Below, in pieces: positions 37,601 through 51,459 of a stretch of DNA of 64,000 nt (its first letter is position 1; the number at the start of each line of letters is the position of its first letter). A program made the translations under genes and the position numbers. This stretch comes from Azolla caroliniana. Its lineage: Eukaryota; Plantae; Polypodiophyta. The notes beneath the pieces are model-generated. The model made no database searches. It was not told the origin of the DNA and saw nothing but the letters and a program-made list of their open reading frames with translations. The DNA lies in contig JBHGNT010000015.1 of assembly GCA_043228905.1 (NCBI GenBank), positions 10,602,001 through 10,666,000 on the forward strand, written 5' to 3'.

Positions 37601-39420
37601 TTATTCAGTTGATCCGGATCAGGTTGAGCTTGCTCGCTCAACAAAGTCTAACGCAACAACAGGAGGAGGCACACAGGCCGGTACCGGAATTGGAGATGGA
37701 AGAGTTGACCACACCGAGCTTGGGGAAGGAGCATGAAGTAATGTTGGAGGTAGTACAATCGTTCATTGTACTTAATCAACGCGGAACCTGCCGACAATGG
37801 CTAGAATGGTTGGGCAGGCAGGTTACCGAATTGGCTAACCAAGTGGAAGTGGAACAACAAGTATGGAGAAGCGAACCCACCCCGACATAAAGTTTATTGA
37901 CTGTAACCAAGGAATTGGAGAAGGCGTGAAATCAGATCCGGATTTTAGAAGAAGAGTTGGCAAGGGCCAAGGATTTAGTGGCCATAATGGCGAATATGGT
38001 CCACAACACCATCACATTAATGGAGCCGGTAGAACCGAAAAGAACAAAGGAAGCGGCTCTGATGAAAGAAGTAGAACCAATGGCTAATACGGCACTGGAG
38101 AAAGAGCACGAGTGGAATAAAGAAATCGAAGCGCTCAAGGAAGATTTGGTCACTCAAGCGGCACTGGGAGAGAGAGAGAAAAAGAACTACGGAAGACAGT
38201 CGAGGAAGAGAAATAGAGGACAAAAGATAGTCTCCAAAAGACACAAGGAAACAAGGACCGACTGAAGGAGGAGAAAGAGAATCTGCTGCAGGAAAAAGAC
38301 AAACTTTGGGGAATGGCAGAGATGGAAATTGAGCGGCTCAAGGGAGAAATCTGGCAGGAGAAGGATACAGATGATTGGCTGTGTTCGCAAGTCAGTCGGC
38401 GTCTCAAACAAAAACCAGAGGATTTCGATAAGTTGTACCAGGATCATAAGAAGTTGGAGACAGACTACAACCAGAAGCAGGAAAACCTTAGAGAGGTCCG
38501 AGCAGAGCTGAAGGACAAATCAGAGGCATTGACAGAACAGGGACAACTGATGGCGGAAACAATGACGAAGTTGTTGGAGGAAGCGGCGAAGGAAAGGATG
38601 GAACTGGTGTCAGAGCATCATTAGGTGGTCGAGCGGTCAAAAATGGTGTTGGATAAGGTACAACAACCTACCAAAGCCGGATTATGGAGTATGAAATGCA
38701 AGCGACGACAGTGGAAAACCTCATCAAGCAGCTGAAGAAAGAAAAAGAGGCCATAGAAGACAAAGTGAAAATGGGCATCAAGAGAATCCGGATGATGGTC
38801 GGAGCATGGAGGGACAAGATGAAAATAAAGATAGACGATTGTTCAACGGCTGTATGGAATCAGTGGTCAAAACAAGCGGCGGAACTTCAACTGCCTCGGG
38901 CAGATGCTAAAAATGGAAAGAAAGCTAGCGACAATTTCTATAAGATGGATGAGGAAAGTATAGTCACCATCCAAGAAGAATTGTCGAATGATTTTTATGC
39001 CCTAGCCGAAACACAATTAGAGGCCGTCTGAAAGCTCATTGACGGAATTGAAGATGACCAACTCCGAGTGCAACTACAGTTGGAAGGCTATGAGTGGGAG
39101 CGACGACGGAAGGAAGCAGAGAAAAAAGTGGAGCAGATAAATATTAGTGATGAAGATCAGCAACCGGAGACAAGGGCTTCCACACAACAACAACAGCATC
39201 AATAACAGGTGGATGAGACGGAGACAACGCCGGGAACACAAACAAAAACGGGAGGAACAGAGTTGCAAGGGACACAACCGGATCAGCAACTAGAAACGGA
39301 GCCAGACACACACAGAGCGGAGCAGATGGCAGGAGCAGGACCAGAGCCAGAGCCACGGGAGAAGCAGCCGAAACTGAAGACGGAGCAATAGTAGCAGAGG
39401 ACGGAAACAGAGGAGGAACC
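34620..39420 (+). pseudogene. decayed extra ORF (acidic plus long coiled-coil) 3' of the integrase, split by the 35722 insertion
   Basis: Collinear E/K/Q-rich heptad fragments at 37957-39031; position typical of Tat/Athila-type extra ORFs. Confidence 0.55.
35722..37643 (-). mobile_element. internally deleted 1.9-kb copia derivative, related to 23018-33581
   Basis: LTRs 35722-36168 and 37208-37643; PBS TGGTATCAGAGC 37207-37196; PPT 36180-36169; TSD AAGTC; interior keeps only RNase H and the 3' extension. Confidence 0.92.
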
Positions 39421-39556
39421 ACTCAAACCCCTGGACCATAGCATATTGGATATACTCGATGAAGAGTGATGAAGCTAACCCATGGGTTCGATGTGCAAGG
39501 CACTGTCCCACGAGCATGCCAAGTGTTGGCCCTAAGAGCATGACCTGGAGGAGAAG

Positions 39557-39781
39557 TGTGGACAGGGAAGAGATGGATTAGATGAATATTATGTAAAGAG
39601 TAGTTAATAATTATTAAGGAAAGGAAAGATCCGGTTAGTTGTACCGATCCAAATCCACATTGATTAGTAGCCGGTAGCCAGTAAGGCACCGTTTTGTAAA
39701 CTCGTACTGGATGCCTATAAAAGGATTCAGATTGATGTATAAATCTTCATGTACTCGTACCAGAACCTACAAATTCCTACA
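39557..39781 (+). repeat. probable 3' LTR of the 33641-39420 gypsy element
   Basis: Purine tract GGAGGAGAAG then TGTGG..., TATAAAA at ~39716, ends CCTACA; no partner LTR in the window. Confidence 0.45.
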
Positions 39782-40776
39782 TGTTATATATAATTGTTGG
39801 ATGGTTCTTCACACTAATGGAGACAAACTTCTTGGAGGATAGAGCATGATAAACACAAAGTCATACATTCTATTAAAAATTTCCACTCCAATTCCATCGT
39901 AAATACAATTCACCAAAAAAATACTTAATCATTTTTTATGCAAACTTATTACCTCCGTAAAGCCTAAAGTGTTCATTCTAACTATTGTGATAATAAATTT
40001 GTCTACCTCTATTAATTCAACTTTGAACTTTTAATCATTGTTTACTCATATTTATTACCTCTATAAACTCTAATGTGCTCATTTTAATTATTGTAATAAT
40101 CAAATTTCTACCTCTATTAATGCAACTTAAAACTTTTTAACCTTTAATCCACAAATTCATAATTGTATGTGACTCCAATTTAGTGGAGAAATTAGCTTTC
40201 TTTCCAAGGCTCTAGTGTGGGGCTGCATTTAGTATAGCAATTTGAACCACTTATATAGGATCAAAATATCTATTTTGCTAATGATAAAAATTTGATTGAT
40301 GATATCAAGTAGCAAGGCCAAGCTCATTGACGAATGTCTCTCTTGTTGTTAAGACCATCAATGCGAGAAGCATATACCGGAGATGTTTTTCAAATGCATT
40401 TGCATCTTTTGGAGAAAGCAGCTAAATTAAGTCTTGTTTTGGATGAAATCTCACCAAGAATTAGGTATCTCTAGGTGAGGAGTAATGCTCGTAGCATTAA
40501 GTGGTATCCATGTATGACATATGTCTGCTAAAAGTTCTCTAGTTGAGGTAGTCATAAGAGGCAGGAACATGTCTCATCCCAGACTTACTTGTGGACTTAT
40601 ACATGAACTTCACGAGATCGGAGTAATGGTTATGTGATGGCGGGCAAACCCCTCTCCAGGTGTTAGTTGTGAAGACCAAGCGAATATAGTTCTCTATGGA
40701 GGATCACATAATAGATAATAAATTAGGATGTGTGTATCTAAATCAAAAGTAAAGGTGCTAGACACAGTATTATATT

Positions 40777-40815
40777 ATCCCACATATAAAGACATGTTTG
40801 GGTGTGGCGTATAAG
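40777..40815 (+). promoter_or_regulatory. snRNA USE (ATCCCACAT) plus TATA for U2
   Basis: USE at -66, TATAA at -33. Confidence 0.85.
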
Positions 40816-40842
40816 AAGCAAACCAACTCACTATGGGAATTC

Positions 40843-41047
40843 ATACCTTTCTCGGCCTTTTGGCTAAGATCAAGTGTAGTATCTGTTCTTATCAGTTTAA
40901 TATCTGATACGTGGTCTATCAGGCCACATGATATTAACCTAATTTCTTTCATGGGGGCAGCTCCTGCCTGAGACAGCTTGCTGCCTCTGGGAGCTGCGTG
41001 CGTCGCCTCAGTCTTGCACTGCCTCTGAGGTCACACAGGCGCGCCCC
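40843..41047 (+). ncRNA. U2: U2 spliceosomal snRNA
   Basis: ATACCTTTCTCGGCCTTTTGGCTAAGATCAAGTGTAGTATCTGTTCTTATCAGTTTAATATCTGATA; loop IV TTGCAC; 3' end approximate. Confidence 0.97.
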
Positions 41048-41776
41048 CCTTTCAAATATGTTAAAGAAGAGAATAATAAATCTGAAGAAAAACTGCGGAT
41101 TACAGGAAAACCGCAGCAACACCACATTATTCACAGGATCTGATGAATGTGACACATGTCGATCAGGATATGCTTGGCGGCCGGCGGAAGGACCGACAGA
41201 TTTATATATACATCTGACCGAATTGGCCCATAGCTCTCTTATTTCATACCATTCCTGCTCGTGGCTCACAACAGAGACAAGACGCAGCTTTGCGATTAAT
41301 AATCATATTGTTATATTACATACCCATGGAGGGTTTGTCTTTTTCTTTTTGATTGGATGGATGTCTTGGACTGATTTCAACCACGTTCAGAATTAAGTTA
41401 CGGACGAAGTAAGTAGAAGACACCATGCATCAGAGGAAAGTATAGTGACTGATACATATATTTATATAATATATATATGGGAGAATTAGATGGGATGGAC
41501 ACAACCGTCGTTATGCATAAACATACATGGAGATGCACATGGAAAAAGTATGTTGAGAGGCCGACATATATAAAAATATTAGATCTCACAACCTTGGCTC
41601 AGGCCTCTCCTATTTCATACCATTTCCTGCTCGTGGTTAACACGGCAAAGTGCGAACTTGACTCGAAATCACACATTTCATTTAGTAATATCATGAGAAC
41701 AGTGATATAATGTTATAGGTTTGTAGATTGGCTATACGCAGTCTCTTAAATTAAACATTTTACATTCAATTGAGAA

Positions 41777-41938
41777 GGGGGCCGCGCGAACGCGAGCCCC
41801 CGCTGCCACAAATTATGACGTGCACTCTCCCACTTGGGGAGATGCTAGAGCAAACAGCCCCTCCGATAGTGCAATGGAGGCGCCGGCTCTAAGCCATCGG
41901 CCTTGCTGATCACCGATAGACCCCGCCCAGGTAAGTAT
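41777..41938 (-). ncRNA. U1: U1 spliceosomal snRNA
   Basis: ATACTTACCTGG start, GATCA loop I, ATTGCAC loop II, Sm site AATTTGTGG, TTCG stem-loop IV. Confidence 0.97.
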
Positions 41939-41963
41939 GTTCTAGAATCACTAAGCGCCTTCC

Positions 41964-42003
41964 TTTTATAGGCAACTCGCTTTGTTGCCTTTGTATGTGG
42001 GAC
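41964..42003 (-). promoter_or_regulatory. USE (GTCCCACAT) plus TATAAAA for U1
   Basis: USE at -65, TATA at -32. Confidence 0.88.
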
Positions 42004-42896
42004 AATTCTAATCTAATCTTTCACAATGCTGTTCATTGTATTTATTCTCACTATGACGATACGCACATTGCTTCCTTACTAACTAACCATCCCATTCCCC
42101 CTCCTATACATATGTATATATATGTATGTACACAATCAATCTAGGGTGAACGCCACTATTATTAGAGGGTGGGTGAGTGTGTGTGCCTCTAACCTTGCCC
42201 CGTACTTACTTCGCCCCTTCACGTCTCACATCTTGGACCTTGGTTCCTATCTATATATGTATATAGAGATATCACACCTCATACACACCCAATTCGACTC
42301 GATTTTCATTTATATACATATGTTACATACAATGTTTGGAGACCAAGGTTGTGACGTACAAACCAAGCACTAATGACGAGGGTTACAAAAGTTGTTGAGT
42401 ATCGTGGGAAGGAAACACCAATATATTATGCACATACAACCATACACCCTTGCATTCCATGACCACCATTTGTGAGATGTGATCCCCCCATCGACTTATA
42501 AACGAACATGGTTGAGAAGGCATTTGTGTTGCAACAAGTTGCAAGCTTTGGAGGAAAGGGAAGAAGAAGTGCAACGGATGAGCAAGACTATTCTTGAAGC
42601 CCCAAGGCCAAGAAATGTTGAGTAGGCTTGCAAGGCAAATCCTGCCACTCTATTGAAGACTTCAATGACATGGACATTGGTTGGGTAAAAAGCATATCCA
42701 AATCTAATGCACGTGTTCTTGAAAGCATTAAAGGATCGACCACTATACTAGAATAAAGGGTTCCATGTTTTTGCGAGACACATCCAATATGGTAGTGAAA
42801 ATCATACTTGAGTAGTCCTATGATCTGATGTGGTATTGGCCAACATACTACCGAAAAATGTGTTCGAAATTACTAGTCAATAACAATTTAGCTTGT

Positions 42897-43301
42897 GAAC
42901 CAAACCAAACCAAACCACGAAACCATGGCTTAACAGTTAAAACGATTTGGTTCAAGTTCAAGTTTTTGTAATCGGTTCGGATTGGGGGGGGTCAACACTG
43001 CAGTTTGAGCCTTTATCAACTTAATTTAATGGTTTCTGGTATAAACGGTTTGACAATTTAGGGTCGACACTTGATTATTTTCTTGAATATTGCTTTCACC
43101 AACCTTTTCATTTTTAGGCCTAATTTTCGCATTTTAGGAAAAATATTTAAAATGTTGAAATGTTGAAAGTTTTGAATTAAAACCTAACTTGAAGACAGAA
43201 ACCAAACCGTGAAAATGTGGTTTGAAAATCTCTAAAACCATTTGGTTTGAGTTTGGATTTTTTGTAACAGTTCAGTTTGAACTATTTGGGTTTAAACGTT
43301 T
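42897..43301. mobile_element. ~400-bp AACC/GGTT-rich insertion, MITE-like
   Basis: Two related AAACC..GGTTT modules; absent from the homologous inverted arm near 53530; TIR and TSD unclear. Confidence 0.4.
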
Positions 43302-43829
43302 GTTAGTTGAAAGCAAGTAGGCAATGTTGCCTCAATGTTACTTGTATGTTGTCATCTAAAACACATGATGAGCCCAACATTGGAACTCCTTGTCACCAAA
43401 CCGTTGTGCCTAGGAATCATGCTATGCTTCATTTATATGGTGTCCAAAACAAAAAAATGTAATTTCACATACACAAACCTACCCATAAACACAAGGTCAA
43501 TTACAAAGCCTTCCACTTACCCACTTATCCACATGCGAATAATGCCCATGGTAGTTCTCAAAGAATCTTGCATCTTAGGGTAAATTGGTGCCAAGAGAGA
43601 AAATGCATGATGACACTAAGTGATCATACCATTTCTCAATGACCAATGGACTTCAATGAGAATCATTAATCAAAACATGTGAGGCTAACATGGAGGGAAA
43701 ATGTGAACGAGATCCACTTCCTATCTAGACTTCAAACCTAAATCAAGTCCTGACTGACCTAAGACCTTGGGACAAAACAAAAGTTACCAAATTGGAGATA
43801 AGCGCCAAAATTGATTAGGTTCACAAATG

Positions 43830-44300
43830 GAACTCAAGTATCATGCCTACAACAAAATCTACCCCTATGCCCCTCACAAGCACCAAACGAACTTAATGTG
43901 TGGGTTAATAACATACATGTGGTCGCAACTGATAGTAAGGAAAAGTGAAGTTGGGACCATGACCAACTTTCTATACAAGAACGCAATCATGCATTGTGGG
44001 TGCCCTCTAGAGTTTGTAAGTAATGGATGTTCTCATTTCCTTAACAAAGGATGAGCGTTGAAAGAGATCCTCTAACTAACTACATGAGATGGAAAGGATG
44101 AGCAGAGAGCTCTAACAAGATTCTTTTTAGCTTCCTTACCAAAAAGTTGTCCTATCAAGAAGATCATATTAGAGCCAATAGAGACAATTGGAACGGTTTT
44201 ATTTTGAACTTCCTATGAGGGTACGAGCAAGAAACAATTGTGCCAATGCAGTTTTTAGCACCTAGACTACATATCGATGAAGCGGCTTTAAAAACGAAGG
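43830..44300 (+). pseudogene. highly decayed gypsy integrase remnant
   Basis: 'NFLYKNAIMHCGCPLEFVSNGCSHFLN' and a degenerate GQAESSNKIL. Confidence 0.55.
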
Positions 44301-46762
44301 GCCTAAACCCTAAAGCTTGTGCATTCACATCTCTGACCATTCTTTCGCATAATCCATGAGCATGGCTAACCAACCTAACCTAACCTAAACCGAAGTAGAC
44401 AATGGAAAATATAAAAACTGTGGCATTATTACACGCATACCAAATTTTGATTATAAAAAAGGAGTGCATGTCCCCTAGGACCCATGGTAGCATAATTGGA
44501 AGATATGGAAGCCAGCTATACATTAGGGTTTGGAAGACATGTCCTAATGTATCCAAACCACTTCCTGAAATTCAACTTGATGAGTAGAATTGCCCTTCAC
44601 ACATGTCAAGCCATGACCCACAAAATAACCTGTATTAATAAGCCAGATTATGAACATTTCAATTTTTATAAGAGAATGTCATGATTAGACATAACAAACC
44701 GTAAAGGAATGCTCAGAGTGAAAACCTAAACAAACGAGATTGGATTCGATTTAAATAAGAATTTGGATTTGGGAGCAAGTAGCAGGAAAGAGATAGAAGA
44801 TGCTAAGGATCTGTATTGCTAACAAGTTAATACGACCTGCAACATTGGGTTAATTAAAGAGCCAGTTCATAGATCAGCAGTCATTAATACGCTTGGAAAG
44901 AATTAAACACGGAGAATCTGGATTAAAAACTTGTTTAGGACATTTACCTGATGTACTTACTATTGGCAGGGGCGCTATGCTGCTGATAAAGAACACAGAA
45001 AGCAGTGACTTTCTAACTGGGAGTATGTAACACAGCTTTATTTGTCCTTGAGAGCTTTTTCTTTGTTCTGTTTCTCTTCTTGGTAGTATGTAATCAATGG
45101 AGTCTACTCGAGGTCCAGACAGACCTAACCTTCTTCTCCTTCTCCTTATAGACTGCCTAGGCATGACCAAATTCCTTCCCAAATCCCTTCATCTCTTCGC
45201 AGAGCTTCAAAGGTCTGAGATAGTGCAGAAAGCATGAGAAGCTTCTGAAGGAACATTGAAAGATTCCAGCTTTTTACTGACAGGGTACTAATTCATAGTT
45301 AATGGCTTGTTAGGAAAAATCCCCAGTTTCAAAACCCTGTTTCCCGTATACAAAACCCTGTTACACTTACTGACAATCTGGTATAATTCAAAATCACCAG
45401 TTTCATTCCATCAATTCTCTCATTTCTTTCCTTTTCGTTCCATTCCATTCTTCTTATATATCTCATTTCTTTCCTTTTACTTTCCTTTCATTCTTTTGAT
45501 AGCTGATCCAGATTGAAGGTCTTTGCATACATGTTTACCTACACATTCCCCATTGCTACCTTGTGGAAATTAGCATTCTTCTCACTCAAATTCATTCTAT
45601 TAATCCATCTCGTTCCATTCCATTCCATTTTTAGAGTAATACATACATTACTTTAGTGACCCTCATTTTTCACCATACATTACTTCTTGTTTGGTGCTCT
45701 ACATGTGAACATATATGTATCAAGGGAATGTATGTGTCGAATAGAAATGCAGAAACATTCTACTAAATCTTTACTAATTTCCTACTTCATCTCATGACTT
45801 TCTTGCATTCTCTCACAATCTCCAAATGGTGAATAAGAGACTCATCTGATTAGTTTGCATATGGTATGCGTTGTCAAACAAGAACAAAGAAAGCACAATA
45901 TGAGAAGAATGTAATTAGAATGATCCCCTCTTTCAATTATATACCATTTTGAATCCTATAGAGAAGATACATTAGACAATGTATACTACCATGGATCCAT
46001 TGAGCATGCATATAGTTGATTTGGCCAACAATTTAGCAATGTTGAGCCCATTAAGCCATCGTTATTTGGTTTCTAAATATTTGCCAATTCATACACTAAA
46101 TCTGTAAGCGTAATCAAGTAGATGGATGCAATCACACAAATATAAACCCCCAACTTTATATGAGGCTCAAAATTATGAGATTTGGAATACCGTTAGAGGA
46201 AATTAAAAATGACGGATGGACCCAGAGCACGTTCTGGAAAACACTAGAAATGGTGGAGGCCCCGAGAACAAGAACTGAGCACTTCTCTACATATGGGCTA
46301 AGGATGTGTTGTAAGGGGATGAGTATGTTGCTTGGGCTATTTTGGTTAGTAATGTGTGTGAAGTACCGAGATGTTATGGAAGGCATCAAGGTTTGTGATG
46401 AATCAAATGATACACTTACATTCCGTTTTGACAAAAAGATGCAACAATTTGCCCTATGTGTGGACAAATTATTCAGATTTAATGCAAATTCAATCCTTTT
46501 TTATCAAACTCAATTATGGTTCCAAAAAGAGTTATTGGTAGGTTGTTTCGTTGACATTGTTGTGTTTTTTATCATATGGGGCACGCTAGTAATGACATTT
46601 TTTGGGTATACATAACATGAAACAATCTCTCTGAAACTGGGGACTGAGCTTTGATTTTGAAAGACTGAATAGGCTTGACATTATTAGTTTGGAAGCTTCA
46701 AGTTAGAGTAGATATGGCAAAAATCTACACCAGAATAAGAAGAAGAGTTAAGTATGATGAAT

Positions 46763-46802
<40 letters not shown>

Positions 46803-47867
46803 TAGATCTTCCAGGATTTGACAGGAAAAAGGTGCAACAAATTTTTGAGCTAAAGTTCTTTTTACCCCTTTTCATTGGGTATCGGTTATATATCCTTTGA
46901 TTTAAGACATCAGGCTAAGGATACAAACAGTGTCATTAGATTTAACTGGAAAGTGATGCGGGACACCAGATCCTCTTATGCAATAAAGATATGGATACCA
47001 GAAACCCTAGCAAACAAACAGGATGTTATGTGCAAAGCACAATATGATTCTGTTAGACTATGTAAATGCACATGACAGTCATTCTCTTTGCTGGCAAAAG
47101 CAGTGATAAATTAGCCATCATAGATCACTTCTGTAATTAAGCAGAAGCTATAAACTATGGCCCCTTTAGCAAAAGAGATTTGGTAGCTATAATAAGGCCC
47201 TCTTTAGTTGGATAAGAATCGTTGCAACATCGAGAGATGAATTGAAGAAGAAACAGGCAACAAGGGAATGGTTTAATGGAAAGAAATAAGGAGAGTTACC
47301 ATAATAATAGTGGCAACAGTAATGGCAAGTACACGAACTTGGTTACCCCAAAATCCAAATAAAAAAATTTACATTGTTTCATGACAAAATTACATTGAAT
47401 CAAATTGAAATTATGTTCCAAATATTTAAAAACAACAATATTCATCAACAAAAATCAGATTTCTAAGTCTTTCACTATTTCATACAGAAGTCATGTAATC
47501 GCATTTCCCAGCTGTTGGAAAAGAAACACAAGTTTGTTCAATTTACAATGTTGGGAAACTACTTCTACATTTTGAAATTTATATTACAATTATATATTGA
47601 TAAAACCTGCTTTACGGTATGTAAGAACCTTTGCACCTAGAGATATAATCTGGGAGCAATTAGAGTGGTTGATCACCATTATGGAAGCGATTAGAGTGGT
47701 TGTGGGGATCTGTTTATATAATCATCGAGTGATTACTAGAGTGATTCTGGGGGCTGCCCTTTCAACGCTACCAAATGTCTATAGTAATGTGCGTGTATGT
47801 GGCATTGGCCTGCCTCCTATATATTAAGATGCCAACCTAACCCAAGGCAGATGACAGTAAATTTCAG

Positions 47868-47955
47868 AATCAGTACACACATAACAATCATCGAAATGCA
47901 CAGATCTACCTAATCAGTACACACATAACAATCATCGAAATGCACAGATCTACCT
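47868..47955. repeat. 44-bp perfect tandem duplication
   Basis: AATCAGTACACACATAACAATCATCGAAATGCACAGATCTACCT x2. Confidence 0.9.
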
Positions 47956-48244
47956 ATGCGACTTGAGATGATTCTTTTCTTTGAGGTATGAGAAACGCAC
48001 CGATCTATCTACCTGAGCGAATTGAGATACATACACAACAATGGAAACGAGATCATATGCCGCAATAATTCACACACCAGGGACTGATATAGATAAAATC
48101 CGTTGAAATGTAACAGAAATCAGCATCTATATAACTATCTTGGCAAATACAGCAGCAGGAGTCGATTATCCAGCATCTGCAGTTAAAAATCACGATAACT
48201 CCTTAAATTGATTGTTCCATTCATCATTTTCGAAAGGATTTTTT

Positions 48245-48404
48245 AGAGGCCCACTCCTCCGGAGAGGAGCAAGGGCCTTTGACAAAAATTCTCCGGGGTT
48301 CCCTTGCAGGAGCCGGGGAGGGGGGTTGGAAATAGTTTTCAACCAGCAATTGACGCGTCTCGGGAAGCCCTCACTAACTGCGTCATTGCCCCAAGCGCAA
48401 AGAT
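48245..48404 (-). ncRNA. U4: U4 spliceosomal snRNA
   Basis: ATCTTTGCGCTTGGGGCAATGACGCAG..TGAGG..GCGTCAATTGCTGGTTGAAAACTATTTCCAA; Sm site AATTTTTG; 3' stem-loop. Confidence 0.95.
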
Positions 48405-48429
48405 GAATAACAACAGAGAAGCCCCTCAC

Positions 48430-48470
48430 TATTTATAGCCATAGCCTTCCCTTGCCTTTCTATGTGGGAC
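48430..48470 (-). promoter_or_regulatory. USE (GTCCCACATAG) plus TATAAATA for U4
   Basis: USE at -66, TATA at -33. Confidence 0.88.
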
Positions 48471-50299
48471 GCCCAAATATTGCCTGCTAGACTCAGCCAC
48501 AGACCTAACCATTCATTCCATATTCCATATTCCATACTCAGATGTCCCATGGCACATAGATAAAGAGAAAGAAAGAAAGATATATTAACGTCTTTTCTAA
48601 CACCAAATTATGGCCCTAGAGAGAATCCTCAACGTGAATTGGGATATTTTGCCTCACCAAAATAAAACCCGAATGACCCACCCATATATGCCCATATGAT
48701 GCCTTCCATATGCATGTCCATTTACCTCTGAACATGCAAAAGATATAAATACATGTAGAAAACACTCAAGTATAGAAGAATTGAGATCCTTCAGAAAGGA
48801 ATAATTCCCTCTATTGTGGAGAGCATCACGATTAGCATTAGACAAGAATACAAGTCAAAGAAAACAATATTGAGGTGAGAACGCTTAGAGCATTTGTATT
48901 GTCTGGCTAGTATAACTTGAAAAATCGTCGATGATTATTGCTTACCAATTAATAGTGAATTAACACAAGAGCATTTGGCAAGTATGGGCAAAAAACATGG
49001 CTAATTAAAGACTAAAGATGAGTATATAATAATAATCTTTGAAGAATTAAGCATGGAGAATGAGTTAATAAGAGGATATGTTATAAAAGCATGGTGTTTT
49101 CATTCACAATAAAAGGCTAGTTCATATAAGAATATTCATTAATAAGAAAGATTAATTAAACACAAATAATGAATTAATTATTGACTAAGATGTTTACTTG
49201 AAATGCACAATTGAGAGTAACTACTTTCAAGCATGACATTTGACACATGATAAGATTTGTTTGTCCTTCGGAGCTTCTTATGTCTTCACTTTTTTTTTCT
49301 TTGTTGTAATAAAAAAAGCCTACTTGAGTTCCATAAAGAGCAACATGTAATGGGAAGTAGAACCATCACAAACAAATACAATTACACCCAAAATCAAACA
49401 AAAGAAATGAAAGTAAACCCTAAATGAAACAGAATTGAGCTTGTGGCCATGTTAGGAATGTCAAAAGCAATCTACTACTTGATTAGGAGGCAAAGGTGAT
49501 TTCATGGAAGTTATTTTAAATACAAACCAAGACTACAACATAAGGATTGCACAATACACCAAAATTGTTTATGTGAAAATTCTTTTAAGGGGGATAGAAA
49601 ACCACGAAACAAATTCTAGAAACGAATCACAATCAGTAAATAAAATGGAGTGCATCAACTTCCTTGTCTATATAAAACTCAAATGTTATATAACATGAAT
49701 CAATTTTCCTCTAATTCTTAAAGCCAACAAAGTAAAAGGTACCAAAAAACTCATTCCATGCAACTCCTAGTAATGGTGTATCGTGACCAACATGATACCG
49801 AACATGAGAACGTAATAGTTTATGTGTTAGAGTACATTGTGTCATTGATTTTATGTTAAAACAATGTGGCTTTTATGAATATACTTGTAGGCATCATGAT
49901 ATGCATAAAGAGGTGCAAATTGTTATTCAATCATCTATTAGTGTGTTACGTTGATTACATGCCTATATATCAGCACATTTTACCTCGAGACAGATATTGT
50001 TGGCCGAGGGGTTCTATTTGTTGTATACCCTAATAGTAGTGAACCGTGCAAGAGTTGTTGCCAATCACGCTTGAGTTGTTAGCCATGCAAACCCTAGCCT
50101 CATGAACCATCACTCTCACCTAACTACGACAAACCTAATTAAGAAGTTAACCTAAACCTTAAGCAAGCTTAAATTTATTAAGTAAGTACACACACATCTG
50201 AAGTCACAAAATGACACAATAGTACTCAACCTAACTTGATTAAGAAGGGAAGTCACATGCCAGAAACAAAAGAGGTATGATTAACGTTCAACTAATTAG

Positions 50300-51330
50300 C
50301 ACTTAATGTTAATCAGACAATTCACAAGGCGAAGGTTGTCAAGGTTGGAGAAGAGTGGGCAATTGTTGAAGAGGGTGTTAGAAGATGGAGAGTGATGCAG
50401 TGAAGCTAGTGATGGGTTAATTGTTGTGGGGGGAAGGGGATGGATGGATGGAGCGAGGAGGTTGGTGTTTGTGATCGAGCAACTGTGAGCACTAGAGGTG
50501 TTGTATGTTGAGGTAGGGGAGAATAGGGAGAGTTTGGTTAAATGTGTGTTCATCATAGAGGATTTCATCACCTCAAAGTATTGTTTGAAGGATGAGGAAA
50601 GATTGAGCATTTGGTGCTTAATACAATGTTTATTAAGGTTGAAAGTGAGGCTCCAACTACGTTAGTCATAAGTGTGGAGGTGTTGAGGGTCAAATGGAGA
50701 GGCAAAGTGAAGGCAACACCAAGAACTGAGAGGTTGTATGGGTGTCTAGGTCGAGGATCCCAATGAGAATGTTGATGAGCTCCATCTTGACTCAAATTAT
50801 CCAAAATGATTTGTTGATGGTAGCACAAGTGTGATGAAAGTGGATGGAGTGCAACATTATTGAGTGAAGGTGATTGGGCAACCAATGCTCACTTAGAGGG
50901 TGAAGATAGTGAACAAGGATCTTACATATGTGTGATTCGGTATTTGCAAACCATAGTTGGTTAGGTGGGGGTTAAACATATTGTTCAAATAGTGTAGTCA
51001 TCAAGGGCGTCACTCATTTCCAATCTCTCCCATTTCCAATGAACCCTGATCTCACGTTGTGCATTAGTTCTTTTAGAGTCTCACATGGAACTTTGCCCGA
51101 TTTTGTAGTGGTGCTCATTGCATATTTAGCCATACAACTCCATTTTGGTCCTTTCCCATCTTCTCTCCTCATATTTGAATATCTCCCTCCACTTTTGTTC
51201 TTACTCATCATCCTACTTGGAAAAAAATGAAGGCTTGGATATTTAATTATAGTGGCACATAATGAGGTGCCAACTTGTATGTCCCCGACGATTTGCCTTT
51301 TCATTCACTTTTAAATGTCTCTTCACACCC
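50300..51330 (-). pseudogene. very decayed gypsy gag/protease-like remnant
   Basis: Fragmentary motifs (WDPRPRHPYNL, LGVAF); weak. Confidence 0.35.
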
Positions 51331-51459
51331 ACCCCTTCACATTTGGTTTTGCAATATAGTGCTTTGGCCTTCTATCATGGGTTGCACCTTTGTCCACCTG
51401 TGGGCCTTAGTTAGTTACTTCCTAGAAGGCACTTGAGAGCCTTTTGTGGGGAACCATTG

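Noticed and set aside
39945-40140. ~100-bp diverged AT-rich direct duplication
   Set aside because: No associated structure; ordinary local duplication.
44700-47200. Possible LTR remnants and ORF 46160-46615
   Set aside because: LTR-like composition but no termini, TSD or protein motif that could be supported.
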